Positions 1-12,709 of a DNA stretch of 64,000 nucleotides are shown piece after piece. The DNA is from Octopus vulgaris (lineage: Eukaryota). Numbering within the stretch: position 1 is the first letter of the stretch; each line of letters begins with the position of its first letter. The stretch is taken from contig OX597826.1 of the NCBI GenBank assembly GCA_951406725.2, forward strand, positions 70,680,001 to 70,744,000, given 5' to 3'. The position numbers were made by a program, and so were the translations under genes. The notes below the pieces were generated by a model that was given only the letters and a program-made list of their open reading frames with translations, searched no databases and had not been told where the DNA came from.

Positions 1-21
1 CCGTGCTGCATCTCATATATA

Positions 22-81
<60 letters not shown>

Positions 82-519
82 CACGCATATACGTGTTTCG
101 TGATACTCAACCGCGATCAATATAAAACTTGACAATGTAAAATAAATTGCAATATAAAATAATGCATAGAACATAAGATTTCACTCCAAGAAATATAATA
201 GTTGGCACATTGTGACATATTAGAGTCGCACACACACGCTTATATCTACATACATGCATACAAATATATATTTATATGTATTTGTTGGTGTGTGTGCGTG
301 TGTGTGTGTGTGTGTGGAAACAGAGCAACACATATACACATATTATACTACTCGCGCGTATATACTCACACATACTCCAAACAGCCATTGAGCTACACAT
401 ATTTATGTAGAAGTGCATATCATCTTGTACACTCACACACGTTTCTCTCTGCCTCTTGTTCGTGCTCCCTCCCCTCCACTTTCTCTCTGTTTGTGTGTGT
501 ATGTGTGCATGTGTTTGTG

Positions 520-553
<34 letters not shown>

Positions 554-1800
554 ACTGTGTGTGCGTGTACGTACATGTTCGTGAGAATGTGCATAAAAAC
601 AGCCACAATATGCCAAATACGTCAACCATTATCTGTGGCATCATATTGCTGAATTTCTCTGGAATCCATTACACATTGTAATGTATCCTAACAGACAGAT
701 GTTACAAAAACTTCTCAATCTAAAGACGTAATTAAGAACTCTAATTATTGGTTTCTTCCAATATTACGAAACCAAAAATGTGCAAGTGGAAGATATCGTC
801 CATTGAATTGATTCCAAAAATATGGCTACTGCTTAATTTATCAACACTTCTGCCGGAGGGATGAAAAGAGCCAAACCATTTTTTTCAGAATTCTCTGCAG
901 AATTCTCCGACCTAAGGATATCAATCAGTCGTAGGAATATTCTTTCAATACGAAATTTCTGCATGGATACATACATTGTTGTAAAGACACATATTTAGAA
1001 AACCCTGGAAGACTACACTGAGATTACCCGAGTATATTACTGATACTCGATGCGCTGATAAAGGATGCTTTATTGAATCACATGGTGTGCTAGAAATAGT
1101 AAACAAATATACCTCAAACCAGCATCAGCAATAGCTGCTGCTGCAGTTGTAGCAACAATAGCAGCAGCTGCAACAATAACAACAGCGAATCAAAGTGAAT
1201 GCCGATTTGTAGTTGCTCCACCTGCTAAAATGGCATCCAAATGTGCCTACAATATACATCGTACCACCTTGTACCAAGTGAAGGACATATGTTGATCAAA
1301 CTGCCTGCTAAGAATGCATTATGTATGCAAATCGGTCAATCCGATTTAATTCGAAAGAAAGAGTAGTAAATAGATTCTCTGTTGATAGATAAAGAGAGCA
1401 CGTAATCTTGTTGATGTCCCAACACGAGATTGAAACTTGTGCGGTTGATTCATCTGTTTATGTCCACGAAGGTATTCTATGTAAAGACAGCATGTTTATA
1501 CCTGCCTGTACATAGTGTTGGCTAAAATCTACAGATACATTCAATAATATATATTAAACGATGATAATACATTGGGCGATAATGCTCTTCATACACTAGT
1601 AATTTATTAAACGAAATGGATATCAGAACTACGTTATGCACGCAAATAGGCCACAAATACTGTATGCAAATAAGCCGTTAAATTGGGGGTGAATACTCAC
1701 TTACCGATAGAGAACTCAAACTTGTCTGACAGATACCTTTTTTTAAACTCTCACTAAGATTCCCCCTGCCGCCATAAAGAAAGGAATTACACAGCTTCAA

Positions 1801-2485
1801 TCTGATATCAACAACACTGATATCAAGAAATCCTCTTGTGAGCGTGACCTAGGCATCACTGTCAGCAGTGATTTGCGTTGGTCAAAGCATATCTCTAAGA
1901 TTGTCAGGAAGGCCGAGGGTGTCTTGGCATCACTCAGCAGGTCTTTTGTTAGCTGCTCTCCAGCCATCTATTTAAAACTGTATACAGCTATGGTACGACC
2001 ACACTTGGAATTCGCATCATCAGTTTGGAACCCCTATCTTGCACAGAACATTGACCTCCTGGAATCTGTCCAGAGACGTGCAACCAAACGCATACCCTCC
2101 ATCAGACACCTACCATATTCTGAGCGCCTTGTTTCCCTGGGCATGGATTCACTGAAGCTCCGGCGTTTGGCGACGGACTTGGTAAACACCCACAAAGTTA
2201 TCAACCACCTCACCAACAACAACACTGAACACCTTTTTGATCTCCATGTGTCTAACACACGTGGACATGCCTACAAAGTCAGAAAACAATACAGCTCCCA
2301 TGACTTTCGGAAACATTTTTTCACGCTCAGAGTTGCTGAAGCATGGAATAAACTGCCTGCGTCAGTTGTTGACTGCCATGACACTGCATCTTTTAAGGCC
2401 CTCATGCTTTCCGAAATCCGCCGAAACTACACCTGATTATATATACACTTTAGATGAGTTGTAGTGCACCTGAGCACTGTACACA

Positions 2486-2517
<32 letters not shown>
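1801..2517 (+). mobile_element. 5'-truncated CR1/L2-group LINE: RT C-terminus, short 3' UTR with hairpin, (ATT)n tail
   Basis: Frame from 1801 reads SSCERDLGITVSSDLRWSKHI...LYTAMVRPHLEFASSVWNP...LESVQRRATK...NTRGH..K...RKHFFTLRVAEAWNKLP, typical CR1-clade motifs; stop at 2436; imperfect hairpin tgtagtgc-acctga-gcactgta then (ATT)n. Confidence 0.9.
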
Positions 2518-2519
<2 letters not shown>

Positions 2520-3189
2520 TTTTAATCCCTTTAATGAAAACAAATCTGCTCGACAAATGCCAAACTGGAAATAAATAGCATTAACGACTACTACAACAAC
2601 AACAACAACAACAACAATCATAAGTTGTTCCTAAAATCACTGACTTAGCTTGTAAGAAATTCTAAGTATATCAGATTCTAAGATACATTTCTTTTGAATA
2701 TTCGACATCCGATGAGACATTCTCTGATTATTCCCCAATCGGATTTTTTTTTCTTTTTCGGTTGTCTTTGTAATCATTCCTGACAATCGAGATAAACAAG
2801 AGCGGGAAGAAAATTGGTTATTCGCTTCGTGTATTGAATATGTCTGAACAGATCATGTACTTTCCGTGGCCTACACTGCTTATATCAAAGCAGTGTAGAC
2901 CAGACCACGTTGTGCTTGTTGTTGTTGCCGTCGTCATCGTCGTCGTCGTCTTTGTTGTTATTGAAGTCACTTAATTCCCGCCCACACCAACAGACAAGGT
3001 ATGAGCAATCGACCCCCTGATCGATATGCGTTGAGTAAGGCAAGCGGCATTCCACTTCGATACGCAACCTTAGATATGCGTAGAACATCCTCTCGGGCGT
3101 TGATTAAATCATTAGTATATCAGTTTAAATGTTCGATGTAATCGACCCTTAACTCCTCAATGAATATATATACCTTTACAAGTTTTAAG

Positions 3190-3790
3190 GCGGCGAGTTG
3201 GCAGAAACGTTAGCGCGCCGGGCGAAATGCTTAGCGGTATTTCGTCTGTCGCTACGTTCTGAGTTCAAATTCCGCCGAGGTCGACTTTGCCTTTCATCCT
3301 CTCGTGGTCGATTAAATAAATACCAGTTTCGAACTGGGGTCGATGTAATCGACTTAACTCCTTTGTCTATCCTTGTTTGTCCCCTTTATGTTTAGCCCCT
3401 TGTGGGTAATAAAGAAATAGGTATTTCGTCTGTCGTTATGTTCTGAGTTCAAATTCCGCCGAGGTCGACTTTGCCTTTCATCCTTTCGGAGTCGTTAAAT
3501 TAAGTACCAGTTTCGCACTGGGGTCGATGTAATCGACTTAATCCCTATGTCTGTCCTTGTTTGTCCCCTCTATGTTTAGCCCCTTGTGGATAATAAAACA
3601 ATAGGTATTTCGTCTGCCGCTACGTTCTGAGTTCAAATTCCGCCGAGGTCGACTTTGCCTTTCATCCTCTCGGGGGTCGATTAAATAAATACCAGTTTCG
3701 CACTAGGGTCGATGTAATCGACTTAACCGATTGTTTGTCCTTGTTTGTTCCCTCTATGTTTAGCCCCTTGTGGGCAGTAAAGAAATATAT
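3190..3790 (+). mobile_element. tRNA-derived SINE family A, one head plus 3 tandem 184-bp units
   Basis: A-box-like tggcagaaacgttagc and B-box gagttcaaattcc; units start at 3237, 3421, 3605; flanking direct repeat tttacaagttttaag at 3175-3189 and 3794-3808. Confidence 0.9.
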
Positions 3791-3808
3791 GCATTTACAA
3801 GTTTTAAG

Positions 3809-4190
3809 TGAAAAAGAAATACAGGCGAAGGGAGAGGTGCCGCCCACACTAATAAATTCGATGAAAAGTGAATAAGATTAGAAACCATCACGTGTAAACA
3901 GGACTAATCTTAGTATGGACTCGTAAACCGAGAAAAGGAAGGAGAGGAAGCCCTTGCCCTTGGCGGTCGGGATGATTAATGTTTTGTTGGGTTTCTACGA
4001 TTGGGCCTAAGTAGTTGTCACTTTTGTAGGAGGATCTTATTTGTTAGTATTTTTTTGTTATTTGTTTTCGTTATTTCTTTTTTGCACGTTTTATGTAAGC
4101 ATCTTACTATTTTTGTGTCCTGTTTTTTTTTGTATAATTTCTCTTTACTTTCGTATTATTTCTCTTTGCTTGTGATTAATAAAGAACCTG
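3809..4190 (+). mobile_element. Degenerate L1/Tx1-like LINE 3' end
   Basis: Decayed reading ...TNKFDEK*IRL...RVNRTNLSMDS*, then T-rich UTR ending in aataaagaa; family assignment by recall only. Confidence 0.35.
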
Positions 4191-4603
4191 TAAGCTCATA
4201 ATCAAACTAACAAAGAGCGAATCATATCAACATCGCATCGATTCAGCCTTGCCACCAGTCACAAAGAAAGATAAACAATACGAATAAAAATCGCATTATT
4301 CGACTTGGGTTTAAAAGGAGAACGCGTCCATTGAATCTGATGCATAAAATGTATTAGGCGTAAAAAGGATAATGGGCATCAATACTCCAGATGTCTGTCC
4401 CAGTAACAGGTTATAGTTGTTATATTTTCAATTGGACATTAAATGAATTAGCAAGACTAGACGGGAGAAAAAAAAAAGAAATAACAAACAAGAAAAAGTA
4501 ATGGCTAAATGAACATGGAAAATGAGGACAGTGAATACAAATAATTTCTATGAAAGTAGATGCCTTGGGAATCATTAGAAAAAACTGCTGACTAATACAT
4601 AAT

Positions 4604-5389
4604 CTATTTCTTTACTACCCACAAGGGGCAAAACACAGAATGGACAAGCAAGGACAGACAAACGGAATAAGTCGATTACATCGACCCCAGTGCGTAACTG
4701 GTACTTAATTTATCGACCCCGAAAAGGATGAAAGGCAAAGTCGACCTCGGCGGAATTTGAACTCAGAACGTAAAGACAGCCGAAGTACCTATTTCTTTAC
4801 TACCCACAAGGGGCACAACACTTAGTGGACAAGCAAGGACAGACAAAGGGATTAAGTCGATTATATCGACCCCAGTGCGTAACTGGTACTTAATTTATCG
4901 ACCCCGAAAAGGATGAAAGGCAAAGTCGACCTCGGCGGAATTTGAACTCAGAACGTAAAGACAGCCGAAGTACCTATTTCTTTACTACCCACAAGGGGCA
5001 CAACACTTAGTGGACAAGCAAGGACAGACAAAGGGATTAAGTCGATTATATCGACCCCAGTGCGTAACTGGTACTTAATTTATCGACCCTGAAAAGGATG
5101 AAAGGCAAAGTCGACCTCGGCGGAATTTGAACTCAGAACGTAAAGACAGCCGAAGTACCTATTTCTTTACTACCCACAAGGGGCACAACACTTAGTGGAC
5201 AAACAAGGACAGACAAAGGGATTAAGTCGATTATATCGACCCCAGTGCGTAACTGGTACTTAATTTATCGACCCTGAAAAGGATGAAAGGCAAAGTCGAC
5301 CTCGGCGGAATTTGAACTCAGAACGTAGCGGCAGACGAAATACCGCGAAGCATTTCGCCCGGCGTGCTAACGTTTCTGCCAGCTCGCCG
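4604..5389 (-). mobile_element. SINE family A, head plus 4 tandem 185-bp units
   Basis: Reverse complement of family A; unit boundaries at 4604, 4789, 4974, 5159; head at about 5340-5389. Confidence 0.9.
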
Positions 5390-5540
5390 GGGTACACATA
5401 TGCACAACATACAGAAAATTTTACTTCTAGGCAATAGACACAGAGAAGAATGCAATTGCGGTATGAAAACAAACATTAAAAACGAAACAACAGAACAATA
5501 ACTATTATCATTATTATGTATTCGATATAAACATCATTGT

Positions 5541-5645
5541 GGAGGCGCAATGGCCCACTGGTTAGGGCAGCGGACTCGCGGTCGGAGGATCGCAGTTTCT
5601 ATTCCCAGACCGGGCGTTGTGTGTGTTTATTGAGCGAAAACACCA
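5541..5645 (+). mobile_element. SINE family C, tRNA-like head only
   Basis: ggaggcgcaatggcccactggttagggcagcggactcgcgg...attcccagacc matches heads at 11245, 20560, 32522(-), 60231. Confidence 0.8.
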
Positions 5646-6202
5646 TATTTACGGCAGGTTGTAAGTTAGCGGTCTCAGGTCATTCAACATAGAAGAGATG
5701 ACCAGAAGCAGGACTACGATTTCCGAGATACACAGAATCGCATCTTTCGATAGACCTGGGTTAACGGACAGAATTGCAGCGTAGTTTCGGAAAGTCTAGG
5801 ACTTTTAGGAAGGATAATCTTTCTGGGTACTGACAGTAAGTTGGTTGTGCTAGACGTGAACGACAGCATTCACACCAGCGGCTTGTTATGCTTCGATAAA
5901 GACAACTTGATTTCTTCAAGCATCTAAATACGTTCTAAGAAACGTCCTGCTGTACAGGGAAGTAAAATGGCTTTCTTAATGAAAACTGGAATTGCATAAT
6001 GTTGCTGGTATGAGCATGGATTAAAAAGGCTCCAAAATTTACCCATTTTTTTTTTCTGAGGGGTATCATTTTTTCTTAAAGCAAACATCGGATCATCCAG
6101 ATTGTGTTTCGATAGAATATTCGTCAGGTCTGCGGAGATTGTGTAGGTACCCCACGATTTCAACTAGTCGATTATACAGGACCTAAATTATATAGTTTAG
6201 AT

Positions 6203-6430
6203 GATTGGCATATTTTGGTCGTATTATGCGGAGAAAATCCCTGGAGAAGGACATCATGCTTGGAATGGTCAGTGGCAAGAGAGGAAGAGGCCGACCAAGA
6301 ACCCGCTAGCTTGACACCATCAAGAGTGACACGGAAATGGCCATAGCCAATCTGAAAGAAGCGACCCAGGATAGAACTGGCTGGAGAACACTGATCCATT
6401 GCGTAACCGAGAGTCGACTTCGACTGAGCG

Positions 6431-6488
<58 letters not shown>
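6203..6488 (+). mobile_element. RTE (BovB-like) LINE 3' fragment with (GATA)n tail
   Basis: Translates LAYFGRIMRRKSLEKDIMLGMVSGKRGRGRPRTR*LDTIK...TQDRTGWRTLIHCVTESRLRLSG*, the characteristic RTE C-terminus, directly followed by (GATA)n. Confidence 0.85.
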
Positions 6489-6775
6489 GATGATCAACCT
6501 GGTTAGGACGAATACAGACGGTAACAAGAAGAACGCTTTGTTCCTAGTACCAATGCCCTGACTAGCGAATTAGTAAGCGGCAGTCGTTGAAAACAATCGT
6601 CTAAAATCAATGAGGATAGTTCTGAAGGACAGTGAAATAAATAAATGAAACGGAAAAGATTTACAGAATCCAAAATGCATTTCAAGAGAAGATAAATAAA
6701 ATGTGTAAGAAGGAACACATTTTCTGAAAATGCGTGAAGATACGGAGACTTGGAATAACAAATAACCTACAAAGG

Positions 6776-7381
6776 CAGGGGTCGGGGAACTTTTTTAACC
6801 GATTACCCCCGAAATATATTTATTTACCCCGACGTTACCCCCTTGATTCGAATGGAAGAAAATCATAGATAACAGGGAACACGTTTTTTTTATGGCTGTG
6901 TGGTAAGAAGCTTGCTTGCCAACCACATGGTTCCGGGTTCAGTCCCACTGCGTGGCACCTTGGACAAGTGTCTTCTACTATAGCCTCGGGCCGACCAAAG
7001 CCTTGTGAGTGGATTTGGTAGACGGAAACTGAAAGAAGCCCGTCGCATATATGTATATATATATGTATGTGTGTGTGTATATGTTTGTGTGTCTGTGTTT
7101 GTCCCTCCAACATTGCTTGACAACCGATGCTGGTGTGTTTACGTCCCCGTAAGTTAGCGGTTCAGCAAAAGAGACCGATAAAATAAGTACAAGGCTTACA
7201 AAGAATAAGTCCTGGGGTCGATTTGCTCGACTAAAGGCGGTGCTCCAGCATGGCCACAGTCACATGACTGAAACAAGTAAAAAAAGTAAAAGAGAAAGTT
7301 ATGTCTAATGAGTCCACATTACCCCCAAGAATTTCATTTTTACCCCACTTGGAGTAATTTACCTCGGTTCACCGACCCCTG
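6776..7381. mobile_element. hAT (Charlie-type) MITE interrupted by a SINE B
   Basis: 15-bp TIRs caggggtcggggaac / gttcaccgacccctg (1 mismatch); 8-bp flanks tacaaagg / tattaagg (degenerate TSD). Confidence 0.75.
6893..7297 (+). mobile_element. tRNA-derived SINE family B (internal TA/TG tract, tail ...gctccagcatggcc..gactgaaacaagtaaaagag)
   Basis: Head tggctgtgtggtaag...ggttcagtccc, accttgg(g)caagt core; many near-identical copies elsewhere in the window. Confidence 0.9.
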
Positions 7382-7745
7382 TATTAAGGGCTATCTAAAT
7401 TACTTGCGAAAAGATCTTGGGGAACATCGAGTGAAGATTTGCATGCGAGAGCTTCGATTATGTGGAGCATGCAAGAGATAGGCTGATAGCGAAAACTATT
7501 GTGCAAGGTTCTGAAAGGCAATGTGTTAACCTCAAGGAGGACGTAGCCGCATTCCTACTTACCTCCACACGCGTCTTGTACACAAGCATTTCAGGGCGTC
7601 AATTATTTTCAGTACTTGGATGTACAATCCAAGGAACCGGATGTTGGATATGGCTGTGAGGGGCTCTGATCAAACCAAGGTTAAAATTCTTCACCTGTGA
7701 GTGGGTTGGTTGCTGTTATTTGTTTTCTCTTTTAATTTATATTGA

Positions 7746-8098
7746 TCTATATATATGACTGAAGCTGTCTGTGTATGGCAGGTTTGGTAGCCTTCAACTA
7801 ACACTATCTCCTCCGAGACCCTGCGGCACAAGTTGACCAAAATTGAGAGTATGATAGAAAATCGGACCATGTTAACACCAAAAATTATTTACATCAAAAA
7901 GGTGCTTTTTTTCTATGAAAATCCCTATTTTGTTTACGATTTTTTGACTGCTGTGTCGCCATTTTTCGGTGTATTTCAACCAGAAAGATGTTCACTTAAA
8001 GAGAATAACAAGCTACATAATCCACAACTTTTACTTTTCAAAAATTCCAATTCTAAAGGGTCGAAACAATCCCGAGCAACGCCGGGCGATACTGCCAG
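7746..8098 (+). mobile_element. Non-autonomous Helitron-like element
   Basis: 5' TC after A; 3' hairpin cccgagcaacgccggg then actgccag (CTAG variant) followed by T; homologous copy at 50814-51184(-). Confidence 0.7.
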
Positions 8099-8231
8099 TT
8101 TAATTATACATGTATACACACTTACACACATTACGTATTACTATAATTAAAAAAAATTAATTGGGCTTGATATGTTGTATTACGTCTCTTATCCCGCTGT
8201 TCAGTTTTATATCATTTGCCTGTATATATTG

Positions 8232-8570
8232 GTACTCCGTCAGTTACGACAGTGACCGTTTCAGTTGATCCGATAAACGGAACAGCTTCTCTTGAAATTA
8301 ACATGCAAGTGGTTGAGTACCCCACAGATATGCGTACCCTTAACGTCGTTCTCAGGGAGATTCGATTCAGCGTGACACATCGATTGTGACAAGCCTGACC
8401 CTTTGAAATACAAGTATTATTCCTTTTATTTTTATCAGCTGAATGAACTGGAGCTACGTGACATAAAGTGTCTCGCTTCAGGACACAACATGCCGCAGGA
8501 TATCGTACTCACGGCCTTACAATCCAATCGGGAACCGAATACCCTAACCTCTGAGCTACGCGCCTTCCCT
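8232..8570 (-). mobile_element. SINE with family-C 3' body and a divergent tRNA-like head
   Basis: Reverse complement matches the tail ...gctgttccgtt.atcggatcaactg...gtaac.gacggagt of 20560 and 60231; head ggaaggcgcgtagctcagaggttaggg. Confidence 0.7.
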
Positions 8571-8641
8571 GTCTGCATATCACCACGTGCTTTATAAAAG
8601 CTTTGTAAATATACGGATACGCACTGTTGGCAACGAAATAA

Positions 8642-8676
8642 ATCATCATCATCATCATCGTCGTCGTCATCATCAC

Positions 8677-8713
<37 letters not shown>

Positions 8714-8770
8714 GTCGTCGTCGTCGTCGTCGTCATCATCATCATCATCATCATCATTATTATTATTATC
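8642..8770. repeat. (CAT/CGT)n microsatellite
   Basis: Direct reading. Confidence 0.95.
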
Positions 8771-8919
8771 ATTACAAAAATAATGGTAATTATTGTTTAT
8801 ATAAATATGATGATGATGACGATGAGGAAGAATTAAAATAATGGGTTCTTTATATACCGCTAGAGTAGCTTAAATATACATAATTCATGTGATAATGATT
8901 TGTTTTCGAAACAGTAGCT

Positions 8920-9470
8920 GAAGATGAAGAAGAAGAAGGAGGAGAAGGAGGAGGAGGAGGAGGAGGAGGAGAGGGGAAGGAGATAAAGAAAAGTAGGAGA
9001 AAAGAGAAGAAAAGTAACAGCAGGCGGGAGAAGAAGGGGAGGAAGAAGAAGAAAGAGGAGGAAGAAGAAGAAAAAAAGGAGGAAGAAGAAAAAGGAAGAG
9101 GAGGAGGAAAAGAGAAGAGGAAGAAAAGTGAGAAAAGAACAAAAATAGCAGCAGGCGAAGGAAGAGGGTGGAGGGGAGGAGGAGATGATGATGTTGAAGA
9201 AGAAGAGGAGGAGGAGGAAGAAAACAAGGAGGCGGAGGAAACGAAGAAGACGAAGAGAAGTAAGAGAAAGAGAAGAAAAGTGACAGCAGGCAGAGTAAGA
9301 AGAGGAGGAGAAGGAGGAGGAAGAAGAAGAAAGAAGGATGAAGAAAAGGAGAAGATGAAGATAAGTAAAAAGAAAGAATTAAGGTAGCAGTAGCCGAAGG
9401 AAGAGGAGGAAGGGGAGGAGGGAGATGAGGATAATGAAGAGGAAGAAACGGAACTGCATTTCGAAGGAAA
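8920..9470. repeat. Polypurine (GAA/GGA) low-complexity tract
   Basis: About 550 bp of almost pure purine on + strand. Confidence 0.9.
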
Positions 9471-9696
9471 GAACAAAACAAAACCCCCAAAACTATTAAG
9501 TAGCCAAAAATAAGAACAAAAATAAAAGATCAACAACAACAAGAACACCAACGCCAACCAAACAATATGCACTTAGTGCCATAGTAACAATGAAGAGTGG
9601 ATGCAGAAATCCAAAATCAATAGATTCAACAAGTCTGGTACGCTCGTTGCCTATGGGCGTAAAACACTCAAATAAATCTATTAGGAAACAAATTCC

Positions 9697-9697
<1 letters not shown>

Positions 9698-9738
<41 letters not shown>

Positions 9739-9815
9739 TAATAATAATGCTTATAATAATAATAATAATAATGATAATAATAATAATAATAAGGATAATA
9801 ATAATAATAATAATG

Positions 9816-9846
<31 letters not shown>

Positions 9847-9885
9847 TAATAATAATAAATAATAATAATAATAATAATTATAATA

Positions 9886-9927
<42 letters not shown>

Positions 9928-10018
9928 TGATAATAATAATAATAATTATAATTATAATAATAATAATAATTATAATAATAACAATAATAATAATAATAAT
10001 TATAATTATAATAATAAC

Positions 10019-10049
<31 letters not shown>

Positions 10050-10105
10050 GTAATAATGATAATAATAACAATAATAATAATAATAATTATAATTATAATA
10101 ATAAC

Positions 10106-10145
<40 letters not shown>

Positions 10146-10195
10146 GTAATAATGATAATAATAACAATAATAATAATGCTAATAATAATAATAAT

Positions 10196-10230
<35 letters not shown>

Positions 10231-10258
10231 TAATAATAATGCTAATAATAATAATAAT

Positions 10259-10301
<43 letters not shown>
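9698..10301. repeat. (AAT)n array with internal higher-order duplications
   Basis: Interruptions aaagtaataatgataataataac and aatgctaat each occur twice. Confidence 0.95.
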
Positions 10302-10303
<2 letters not shown>

Positions 10304-10709
10304 GTGTTTAAGATATGTGCGCGCAAGAATATGTTTGTACATGTATGTATACATTTTATCGATGTGCATCAACGAAAGGGATAAATAAGCGTAGGCAAGA
10401 AACAAAAAAAAAAAAATAATAAAATAAAAGAAAGTCGTCGAGGTTCCCCTTCTTACATTTATCATATGTGATGCTATGCTATGCAATGCGAGCGAACCAT
10501 CGATGAACAAGATGAAACAAAATAAAACGTTAAAAACCATCACCCACGCCATCGGTTGTTCAAATTGATAAATTGATAAATGAAACTGCTGAGTAATAAT
10601 ATTATTTGAAAAATAATATATGTATTAACAATAGGGAACGTAACAGCTATTGTGAGTTGTTAGTTGGTTAAAATAACACAGTAACACTTCTACGATGTAA
10701 CTGTTTCAG

Positions 10710-10899
10710 ATTTGTGCTGTTAGTAGTCTTATGGGCTGTGATGAGCTATGTGGTGTTGGTGGAGGGGATTGCAGATGAGGTAGACGGAAGTGAAGACTGC
10801 AGGGGCCTGTGGAATAGCCACGGGACATGCGTGGGCAGGAAGCACGTGTGGTCAGTTCGAGCAGAAACGGCAGCGTGCAAGGACGTGTTTATTTCTTGA
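10710..10899 (+). CDS. Candidate exon of a small secreted Cys-containing peptide precursor (speculative)
   Basis: Non-repetitive GC-richer island after acceptor-like tgtttcag (10702-10709); FVLLVVLWAVMSYVVLVEG hydrophobic stretch, then IADEVDGSEDCRGLWNSHGTCV-GRK; no upstream ATG exon identified. Confidence 0.3.
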
Positions 10900-11243
10900 C
10901 AGTGATCGCTCATCCCGCCGAGGTCAACAGGGAAGGTCTTTGTATTTCTTTCTCCCGTTTGCTTTTTCTGTTGTCCTTTTCCTCTATCACACTACAAGAT
11001 TTTAAAAAAGCTCCCAAGAGGATCACTGATAAAATCAGTCACCAAATGAAAGATAGATCGATGAACGTATGGATTTATGTATAATTTAAATAAAATGACT
11101 CAGAGTGACCAGCGGCTGGTATCTGAACAACATAGACAAATACATCGCGAAATAAATTCTTGATTTATTAAAGTTATCTCCGCTTGTAGATGATGTGTCA
11201 GAGTTAGCAAAAAGCAATTGAAACTAGCTATACTTAAGGAGGG

Positions 11244-11570
11244 TGGAGGCGCAATGGTCCAGTGGTTAAGGCAGCGGACTCGCGGTCTGAGGATCGCGGT
11301 TTCGATTCCCAGACCGGGCGTTGTGTGTGTTTATTGAGCGAAAACACCTAAAAATAGTTCCACGAGACTCCGGCAGGGGATGGTAGCGACCCCTGTTGTA
11401 CTCTTTCGCCACAAATTTCTCTTACTCTTTGTTCCTGTTTCTTGAGTAACGCTGCGATGAACTGGCATCCCGTCCAGCTAGCGGGGGGGGGGGGGGGATA
11501 CATACGTCACAGAAACCGGGAAACCGGGCTCATGAGCCTGGCTAGGCTTGAAAAGGGCGAACGAAGAAGA
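11244..11570 (+). mobile_element. SINE family C head with alternative tail, 14-bp TSD
   Basis: TSD atacttaaggaggg at 11230-11243 and 11571-11584; tail ...aaccgggaaaccggg...cttgaaaagggcga shared with 24051-24360. Confidence 0.85.
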
Positions 11571-11771
11571 ATACTTAAGGAGGGAGACAATCTCAAGGAT
11601 GAAGAATTTTTCAAAATTGACATGCGGTTAAAAGGACAGATTGACTGTCTGGAGATAAGGGGGGGGGGGGGCAGTCGTGGACAGATGTTTTCGACCCAAT
11701 AGTATTCGTCAGCAACACGGCAATCGTCCTAACTTATTCCCAGTAGCCAAAAGGCTTAGACTTGGCTCAGA

Positions 11772-11919
11772 AGTGGCTGTGCGGTAAGAAGCTGGCTTCC
11801 CAAACACATGGTTCCGGGTTCAGTCCCATGCGTGAGACCTTGAGCAAGTTTTTCTACAATAACCTCGGGCCGACCAGAACCTTCTGTTACTGGTTTTGGT
11901 AGACGGAAACGGTAAGAAG

Positions 11920-11986
<67 letters not shown>

Positions 11987-12177
11987 GTCTGTCTGTCTGT
12001 CTACGCATGTATGTCTTTGTGCCTCCTACCACCGCGGTTCAACAAAAGAGATCGATAGAATAATTCCTAGGCTTAAAAATAAGAAGAACTGAGATAGATT
12101 CATCGATTAAAATTCTTAAAAGGCGGTGCCCCAGGATGGCTGCAGTCTAATGTCTGAAACAAGTAAAAGATAAAAGA
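11772..12177 (+). mobile_element. Diverged SINE family B with internal (CTAT)n
   Basis: Head and tail match 6893-7297. Confidence 0.8.
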
Positions 12178-12709
12178 TGTTTATGACCTAGGTAATTTGC
12201 ATAATTTATGCGAAAATGAATTAAGAAAACCACATAGACAAATACAGGTGTATCAAATACCACACAACATAAATTCTTGATGTTTTAAATTAGCTTCACG
12301 TCTAGAGCATGTTTCTTAATTACCCAGCGACAATTAGAACACAATTAGAATATAGGCTAATGAAATACAATTAGAATATAGGCTAATGAGATACTTGTAA
12401 AGATCAGGTAATTTATGATGTTATGATAATAAAAAAATTGTAAATGATTCTCCAGCCTTTTCTCTGCTCTAGGTTGCATTTATGAATGCATGTGCGTATT
12501 TATGCATGTATGTAGGTGTCCACTGCACACCGATGCATACACAAATATATGTATACCATAAAAATTCGACGTTTGATTATTTTCTAAAAGGATTTTTCCG
12601 TATTTACGTATATCTTGTTATTGTTCTTTTGTGATTGCTTTGGAGCAATAACGCTTCTAAATTCACTAAACTGACGTTTTAAGACCTTCACAATATCATT
12701 TACAGACTA

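Noticed and set aside
202-681. Long ORFs with [16 protein letters not shown] or poly-I/N/L runs here and throughout the track
   Set aside because: Translations of (CA), (TA), (TACA) and (AAT) microsatellites lacking stops; no coding signal
3198-3395. Recurrent ORF LARRAKC...RSEFKFRRGRLCL at many loci
   Set aside because: Translation of SINE A, not a gene family
3190-5389. Regular repeats that might be read as a CRISPR array
   Set aside because: 184-bp units with no unique spacers, no cas genes, eukaryotic context; these are tandem SINE units
8850-9572. 240-aa hydrophobic/Ser-rich ORF
   Set aside because: Antisense of a GAA/GGA polypurine tract
9590-9650. Possible start exon (donor ctg|gtacgc) for the 10710 peptide exon
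   Set aside because: The available ATG frames give phase 0 or 1, but the signal-peptide frame needs phase 2
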